Shown here piece after piece: positions 35,882 to 43,673 of a stretch of 43,673 bases of DNA. Source of the DNA: Parvularia atlantis (Eukaryota); contig CALSCO010000533.1 of assembly GCA_943704415.1 (NCBI GenBank), forward strand, positions 1 through 43,673. The letters are read 5' to 3'. The position numbers and the translations under genes were made by a program. The notes below the pieces were generated by a model. The model saw only the letters and a list, made by a program, of their open reading frames with translations, was not told the origin of the DNA and made no database searches. Each line of letters begins with the position of its first letter. Position 1 is the stretch's first letter.

Positions 35882-38800
35882 TCACTGCGCGCACTGGTGC
35901 GCCGCGTGCAGCAGCTGCGGCACCTGCGCGTCAAACTTCTCGGGCGTGCTCAGGTCCACGTAGAGCTTGCCCGTGAGCAGAAAGCTGCGTGCGCGGCGTC
36001 CGTCAGGCCCCGCGTGCACGAGGCGCGACAGCGCACCCGAGCTCGCCCTTGGGCGGCCACGACCGCGTCAGCTGCTCCTCAAGGAAGACAGGGATGATGA
36101 CCTTGCTGAGCTCGGACGCGAGCGAGACCTCGCGGCGGCAGTTGATCGACTGACCCGAGCCGATCAGCCCACGCGTGCAAGGGTGTGGGCGCGCGCTCGC
36201 GTGCCTGGAGGTACGACGACGAGATGCACGCGATCAGCACGCTCGTGCTCCGGATGCCGTTGTCGATCTTCTCAAACAGCGAGTCGCCACTGCGCATGAC
36301 CGCGTCGTCCATCCAGCAGCGCATGCCTACCGCGCTGTCAATGAGCAGGGCGCACCAGCAACGGCAGCAACAGCAGTGCGTGCAGCCACACCGCCGCTCG
36401 TGAGCACGTCAAATAGGCGCCGCGCCGCGGGCTTGTTGGACCACGAGTACGAGATGAAGACGTCGTTGCGCGCCGCGGAAGCCTCAGCTGGCGTCAAAGC
36501 GGCCACCGCGATCGCCGTCGGCACGGCAGCGGTCGGCTCGGTGTCGTCGTCGTCCGTCTGCGCCGGCGGTGTGTGAGCACTAGCAGGGTGCGCCGCAATG
36601 TCACGCAGCGTGCACCATGTACAGCGGGCGCAGTTTACGCAGGCTCGAGGCCATGCGGATGAACAGGCCGCGCTTGATGTCAAGGCGCTCCAGCGACTTT
36701 TCGATCTGGTCCACCGAGCATGAGCACCGTATGCTACTGGCGGCCAGCGCACGCACCAGGTCGGCGTCGCACGTGAGCAGCGTGTCCATGTCGATGCCCT
36801 CGGCCTGCAGCGCCTTGACGTGCTTGCCCAGGATTTTGCCGTCGGCGCCGCCCGCAAAGCCGCGCAACCAGACCTCGAGGTCGCTGCTCTGTTGCAGCGC
36901 GCCGTCAGCACGCTCCTCTCAGCACGTGCGCCGTCCGCACCGCCAGGAAGACGTCGTCGTCGAGTGTGCGCAGGCACTGTGCGGCAAGGAAGCGCGCGCG
37001 CGACGTGCCCGTCACGTAGAGATGGCGCAGCGTCGGCAGAACGCGCTTGCGCATCGCGACGCGCTGCCAGCGCGATGTTTGCAAGCCGCGGCGAGGGGCA
37101 GCCGACGCACCTGGCTGTCGTGCTTGAACTCGCTGCTCGCAAAGTAGCGCGCCGCCGTGAACGCCGCAAAGCCGAGCACGACCGGATCCTGTCGCAGCGC
37201 AGGGAGCAATCAGCGCACGCCGAGCGGACCGCAGTGGCCGCACTTGGCTGCGCAGCAGCTGCAGGAAGAAGCGGAACTCGCGCGGGGGCAGGATGAACGA
37301 CCCCCTGCTCCGCCGCCGTCAGCAGCTGTCGCACCACCAGCGTGCTGCACGCGCGCACTCAAACAGCGGCGAGTGCTCGATGAATTCGCCGACGGCGCTC
37401 AGCAACTTTTCGGCCTGAGGCATGTGCGTGCGTGAGCAGCGAGTGTGAGCGGTCGCGGTGGGCGCGCACCTTCAGGATCGAGAGCGCTTGCGGCTCGAGC
37501 GCCATGAAGGCGACTGCGCAGGCGCAAAGGGCCACGTCAGCCACTTGAAGCCGCTGCGCACGGGTACGCGCACCGGCGGCAGAGGCGTTGAAGGCGGTTG
37601 TGAGGTTGCTCGAGCGCACCTTGGCGAGCAGCGCCGGCAGGCCCACGTTCTTGACCTTCTCGCTCGAGAGCAGCTGTGGCACAGCATCAGCGACCGCGTG
37701 ACCGCGCGCACGCCTAACGTGCCTGGTAGACAAAGCCGCGCACGTTAGCGTGGTAGCACAGGCACGCCAGCGCGCCCGCGGCCGGCCTGGCGATGAGATG
37801 GTCAGCGCACGCACGACCGTGGAACGAGAAGACGCACCGCTCAAGCAGGTCCTCGTTGACGTGGCCCGTGCCCGGCTGGAGGCACTCGAGCAGCGGCACG
37901 ATGCCCTCGTGCATGGTGATCTTCATGGCTGGCACGCGCGCGTGCGTCGTGAGCACGGCAGCAGAAGCAGTCAACGTGACGCACCAATCTGCGGTACGGC
38001 GCTGAGGTTCCACAGGCACGACGCGACGGCTGCGCGGGTCTGTGCGACAAGTGCGCCCCCGTCAGTGGCAACGACGATGTGTCGCGAGCGGGCGATGTGC
38101 GCGCCTTGGCCTCGGGCAGGCGCAGGAACTTGATCAGCACGGGCACGCACTCGCCCTGTCGTGCACGCGTGCGTTCTTGTGAGGGCACGCGGCACGCGGG
38201 GGCGGGGGTGCGTGCGCGCACCTGGCTCACGACGGCCAGCTCGGCCTCGTCGAACGAGGTGGACGCGCGGACGATGATCGCGGCGATGGCCTGTGCCGCG
38301 ACCGAGTTCTTGGCCGCTTTAAGCTGCGCCACGACGGCGTCCATGAGACCGCAGTCGGCGGTGAGCAGCACGGAGCGGGTGAGCGGCGTGACGACGAGCT
38401 GCGCGCCGCGCCGCGCCGTCAGCCGCGATGTGCAGCGCAGCGGGCCCCCGCGCCGCGCACCGCCTCCAGCAGCGAGCACAGCGAGAGCTGGACGACGCCG
38501 ACCTTGTGCGTGCCGATGACCCGCGCGATGTCGCGCGCGCACGCCACGCCACCCGCGCTGGTCAGCACCCGATCCCACGCCGCCGCGTTCTCCTCGCACA
38601 GCGCGAGCACGTCGCTGGCCAGGTCCACGAGCGTCTGGCGCTCGGCGGCTGCTGATCGTGAGCGTCTCACGACGGAGCAGCAAGCGGAGCAGCGCACGCG
38701 TCAGGTCCTTGCCCAGGTTGCGATCGAGGCTCTGCACGGCCGTGCGCATGAACGTAGCGAAGCGCTGTGCCGCCTCGGCCTCGCGCTGCTCGCCCGTCTG

Positions 38801-39013
38801 CGATGTGCGCTCGTGGGACGTTGCGGATCACGCGCGGCCGGCGCGCACCATCGACGCGACCGCCAGCGACGTCTTGCGCAGCCGCACCGTGCCGTGCTCG
38901 CCGCCGTCGACCGTCTCGGCCAGCAGCGCCGCGGCCGACGGCAGCGTCGCCGCGGCGCCGGCCGCGCTCTCGGCCGCTGGGCGGGCGATCTTGGCCGCGC
39001 GCGCCGCAAACAT
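35882..39013 (-). CDS. ARM-repeat, SAM and TIR domain protein (SARM1-like architecture); ~18 introns, 3 GC-AG
   Basis: ARM-like helices (VPVLIKFL..AAVASCLWNLS; GIVPLLECL..AAGALACL). SAM-like DLEVWLRGF..KHVKALQAEGIDMDTLLTCD..LERLDIKRGLFIRMASSLRKL. TIR DVFISYSWSN..RCWMDD..GDSLFEKIDNGI..VLIACISSSYLQSINCRREVSLA..IIPVFL..WPP. TGA at 35882-35884. Confidence 0.88.
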
Positions 39014-39109
39014 CCTGATCAGAAGAGAGCACAACGGGTCACTCGGCACGCCGCGAGTCGGCACACCGGGCTACGTGCGTACTCGCAAACAACAACACAC
39101 GAGGAGAAC

Positions 39110-42100
39110 TCACCGCGAGTCACGCCCGATCATCTCCAGCGACGAGCCCGAGCCCGACGGCCGGCTGCCCGGCGGCGGCGGCGGCGCGCCCGGCGCGAGC
39201 TCCTCGAGCGAGTAGGCCGGCCCGGACGGCTCGTCGGCCGCGTGCAAGCTCTTCTGCCGCGTGCGCATCTGGTGCAGGAAGTACGAGAAGCCGAAGGCGA
39301 CCATCTGGCCAAAGGCGATGACACCGGCGCCGATGGCGACGATGGACGAGATGAACGTGAGCGGCGAGATGTTTTGCACCTGCCGCACCTGCGCGCACGT
39401 CGCGGCGTGTCAGCGGCGTGCGGCACAAAGGGCGAGCGCGTGCCTGGAGGAAGTAGGGCGGTGCCGTGACGGCAAAGAGCATCTCGAGCTTGTTCGCGGG
39501 CGGCGCGGCCACGCCCTCGCTCACGCTGATCAGCGACCAGTCGAAGCCGGTCGACGTCGTCACGTCAAAGATGTTGATCGACTCGGTCGCGACGGCCGCG
39601 AGCTCGACCGTCGTCGTGCCCGTCACGGTCACGTTGCCACTGCTGCCGCCGTCGCCGTCGCCCGAGGCCGAACCGCCGTCGCCGCCCGCGCTCTCGGCCA
39701 CGATCGTCTGCGACACGTTGTACCACGCGCCGTCGAAGCGCTGCGCCGCGAGCCAGTACGCCACGGCTGGGGCAAAGACGGGCGCGTTGGGCGCGATGCC
39801 GGTCACGGCGAGCACGATCGAGGTCGCGGTCGAGGGCAGGGTGCCATCGAGCTCGATCGTGACGGTCGTTGTGCTGGTGCCGTCGGTCGTCGTGGCGCAG
39901 CCAGTGATGTTGGCCGAGGGCGGCGACAGCACAAAGACGAACGCGGATGCGGGCGCGCCAGGGCATGTAATGGGAGAGGCGATGTACGAGATCGAGCCGA
40001 CGACGCGCGTGGACGCCGAGAGGATCGGGGCGCCGCCGGTGAAGGTCGTGCCGGGCTGGAGCGTCGCGAGCGTGCCGTACTGGTTGAGCACGTAGTTGTG
40101 GATCTGGTAGGCCGTGAGCACCTGTGTGCGCACGTTCACGGTCAGTGCCTTTGGGTGGGCGCGCGAGCAAGGCCACCAGCACGCCGATGATCGTCCAGAC
40201 CGCGATCATGCCGCGGAACGACGAGCGCAGCTCGACCAGGCGCAGGCCGTGCACGTCGAGCCGGAAGAGCCACCGCGGCGTGCGCAGGATGACCGCAAAC
40301 GGGCCGAGGACTGGGCGCAGACGCTGGCGGTAGATCGCCGCGGGGATGGCCACGAGCACGGCCAGGCCGAAGAACACGATCAGGTAGATGTAGCCCAGCG
40401 TCAGGCCGAGGTATGCGCCGAGGACAGAGTTGTTGAGCGCGGCCGAGGTCGTCTGCACGGCTTGGGCGTCGGACGCTACAGTCTGCGCCGCCGCCGCGCC
40501 GGTCGGGCACCACTGCGTCTCGGTGCAGGGCGCGCAGGTCGACGTGGCGGGCACGCGCACCGTGCCGGCCGGGCACACGATGCACACCGCGGCCGACGCG
40601 CCGCCGGCCGTGCCGTTCGTGACCGTGCCGGCCGGGCAGGCGATGCAGGCGAGGCCGTCGACGGCCGCGTACGAGCCCGCGGCGCACGGGACACACTGGT
40701 TGCCCGGGCCGACGCGCGCCTGGCCGAGCGGGCAGACCGAGGTCACGCCCGAGAGCGTCGTGACGGCGAGCGGGTCGGTGCTGACGGCGACGCCGTCGAG
40801 CTGCGCCGTGAGCTGGAAGGTGTAGGTCGTGGCGGGCGAGAGCAGCGGCAGGGTGTACGGCAGGCTCGGTGTCTTCCACGCCGAGTAGGTGAGCACCGCG
40901 ACGCCGTTGATCGTGAAGGTGATCACGGTCGCGACCGACGGCTGCGGCACGGGCGTCCACGTGAGCTGCACCGACGACGTGGTTCGCTGCAGCAGCACGA
41001 GTTCCGCCGCGGGCACCACGGGCAGCAGCGGTGTGCACGACTCGTCGCCGTTGTCGCTCACCGTCGGCTGGGTGATCGACACGACGTCGAGCTGCGCCAC
41101 GTTGAGGTTGCACAGGCGCGGATTGTTGACCACCGTCACCGCCGCCACGCTCGCCAGCGTCGCCGTGAGGCCGTCGGCGTTGGTCAGGTTCTTGCAGTCC
41201 TGCACGACCACGCTCTGCTCGACGCGGATCAGGCCCGCGAGCGAGTCCAGCGTGACCACGTCCGCGTTCAGTAGCTGCAGCGAAATCAGGCGCTGGCTCG
41301 CGGCGACGCTGGCGAGCAGCGACAGCGGCACGCGCGCGTCCACCAGCGCCAGCCACGAGCTCGTCGCAAACGGGATGAACGCGCTTGGTGCCTGGCCCGT
41401 GAACGTGTAGTTGACCGGCAGCACCGCCGCAAACGGGCTGCCGCACGACATGCACAGGAACGCGACCTGCCGCGCCGACGTGAACGGCAGCGCCGCGGGC
41501 AGGTCGAGCGACTTGAGCGATGCGCAGTCGACGCAGGACACGGTCAGCTTGGCCGTAGCGTACGCCAGGCCCGAGTACGTGGGCGCGCTGATGAGCGTAA
41601 GCGCGGGCGTGCTCGCGACCGTGACGAGCGCCGGGCACGTTGTGCAGCGCAGGTCAATCTGTGCGCGGTCGCGCGCGGTCAGCGCCTCAGCCGCAGCCCG
41701 CGCGCGCGGCCTGCGCACCGTGACTGTGTAGAACGTCGTGCCGCTGCCGGCGGTCGGCGGCGTCGCGCTCAGCGCCTGCAGCGCCGGCAGGCTGCCCAGC
41801 GTCGTGAGGGCGCCGCAATCGGTGCAGCGCACGGCGACAATCGCTGGCGCCTGCACGCCCGCGGCGACCGGCGGCTGCGCGAGCGCGAGCTGCGGCAGGA
41901 CACCGATGCTCGTGAGGCTCGGGCAGGTCGTGCAGGCGAGCGTGAGCGAGATCTCGCCCGAGACGGTCACGTTGGCCAGCGCCGTGAGCGACGGCAGCGC
42001 GGTGTGGTTGGTGAGCTGCGCACATTGCGTACTGCGCGCGCGGACGCGTGAGTGTGGTATCGCGCACGCAGTGCATGCGCACAGGCGGCGCGCACCACGA

Positions 42101-43651
42101 GACCGAGACAAAGCCCGAGACGATGCTTGTGAGCGTGAGGGCCGGCAGGGTCGGCAGAGCCGCACACGAGACGCAAGCGAGCGTGAGCTGGCCGCGGACG
42201 GTGCGCAGCGAGGCAAAGGTGCCGAGGCTCGTGAGCGCGGGGCAATTGGTGCACGTCGCCGTGAAGAAGCCGAGGCCGGCCGCTTGCGTCAGCGTCTGCA
42301 GCGCCGAGAAGGTCGGGAAGCTCTGGATGCCCGCACAGGCTGTGCAGCGCAGGGTGAGCGTGCCGGCGACAAAGTTGCTCGTCGGGGCAAGCGCAACGAG
42401 GCTCGTGAAGGGGCCCAGCTGCAGCGCGGCCGAGGCGCACGTGTCGCAGGTGATGGTCAGGTACGAAACGGCGGCCTGGTTGGCGGCAGCGGACGAGATA
42501 AGCTGCATCGACGGGAAGCTGCCGAGCGTCGCGACGACGGGGCAGGCCGTGCAGGCGACCGTGAGCGACGTGTCACTGCTCGTGATGGCCAGCGCGATCA
42601 GCTGCGGGAACACGCCCACGGTCGTGACGGCGGCGCAGTCGGTGCAGTTGAGCGTGATCGCCGCCGTCGTGGCGTAGCTGAGCCCCGTCAGCGCCGCGGG
42701 GAAGCTGCCCAGCGTCGTGAGCGCGCCGCACGTCGTGCACGTGGCGGAGAGCGCAACGCTGAAGAAGGGCGCGCTGCTCGACGTCACCGCCGTCACGCCC
42801 GTCAGCGCCGGGAAGGTTGCGAGGCTCGTGAGCGCGGCGCAGCGTGTGCACGCGAGCGTGAGCGTCGCCGCGGCCGTGCCTGAGTACAGCGTCGCGGTCG
42901 AGGCCAGCAGCGGGAAGTCTCCGTGCGTGGCGAGCGCGCCGCAGTCGGTGCAGCGCAGCGCGATCGTGGTCGTCGCGCGGCCTGCGTGCGCGTGCGCGTG
43001 CGCGTTCGTCAGCACGGCCGCCCGCACGCGATGAGATCGCGCCGCACCGCCAACCGCGTTCTGCCCGCGGCTCAGGCTGAGCAGCGCCGGGAACAGGCCG
43101 AAGCTCGTCAGCGCCGGGCAGTTGGTGCAGGTCAGCTGGAGCGTCGCGACGGTCGGCTGGTTGAGCGGCGAGACGGCGCCGTACGCGAGCGCTGTGAAGT
43201 TGCCAAAGGTCTGTGGCGGGGCGTCTGAGCGGTCGATTGCGACATGCTGCGGTGCGCACCGCCAGCGCCGAGCAGTTGGTGCACGAGATCGACACGGACA
43301 CGCTCGACGACGCCGACAGGGTCGAGGTGCTCAGGGCCGTCAGGGCGGTAAACGCGGCGAGGCTCGTCAGCTCGGCGTCGCAGTCGACGCAGCTGACGGT
43401 CAGCACCGCGCCCGCGTCGAGCGACGCCAGCGCCTCGTCGTACACGCCCTGCGCAACCGTGCAGCACGCTGCGAGCGGGTGGCGAGCGCACCGTGCGCGA
43501 GGTCAAAACAACGTCGAAACGGGAGGTTTCACAGCCGAGACGCACCGGGCAGCGGCGTCGCGCCGTGCGCCGTACGCGCCGCCGCCACGACCAGCACCAG
43601 CACCAGCACCAGCGGCAGCAGCATCACCGCAGCCGTCCGCAGCACGCGCAT
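39110..43651 (-). CDS. Cell-surface receptor-like protein: signal peptide, 18 CxxC-bearing L-domain/LRR-like repeats, FN3, Cys-rich (GCC2/ephrin-receptor-like) repeats, three TM helices; 7 introns
   Basis: Signal peptide MRVLRTAAVMLLPLVLVLVLVVAAARTAHG. Repeats LTLxCTxCxALTSLGxFPAL. FN3 TTSSVQLTWTP..LSPATTYTFQLTA. Cys-rich CVPCAAGSY..CIACPAGT..CIVCPAGT. Hydrophobic segments at ~40410-40330, ~40210-40100 and ~39365-39275. TGA at 39110-39112. Confidence 0.85.
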
Positions 43652-43673
43652 GCTTGTTATGTTTGTAGGGCTG

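Noticed and set aside
39071..39112. Stop-codon readthrough as the way to join the receptor and the TIR gene
   Set aside because: The ORFs share a frame, but a second in-frame TAG at 39073-39071 blocks simple readthrough; only splicing would join them.

Overview
This is a very GC-rich, gene-dense and intron-rich genomic window from a microbial eukaryote; the taxon cannot be assigned from the sequence alone. The six-frame ORFs are only exon/intron fragments. Splicing by hand gives 11 genes and roughly 150 introns, mostly 45-90 nt, with donor consensus GTGCGY, branch GCTGAC/GCTCAC and almost no polypyrimidine tract. The genes are: RPL18a/eL20 (5'-partial), TFIIH p34/Tfb4, a C/EBP-PAR-like bZIP, a 13.5-kb BEACH-WD40 gene, a cytosolic dual hybrid histidine kinase, an RS-rich multi-domain chromatin-reader-like protein, V-ATPase subunit c, CaMKK, a WD40 protein, an ARM-SAM-TIR (SARM1-like) protein, and a 3-TM surface receptor with 18 CxxC L-domain-like repeats. 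The most notable candidate is the junction between the receptor and the ARM-SAM-TIR gene. They are co-oriented, and the ~100 bp between them reads as a GT-AG intron whose removal would delete the receptor stop and fuse the two in frame, giving a TLR-like ectodomain-TM-TIR protein. About 11 introns (~7%) appear to be GC-AG. All models are manual and have no RNA support. Family comparisons are from recalled motifs, not database searches.
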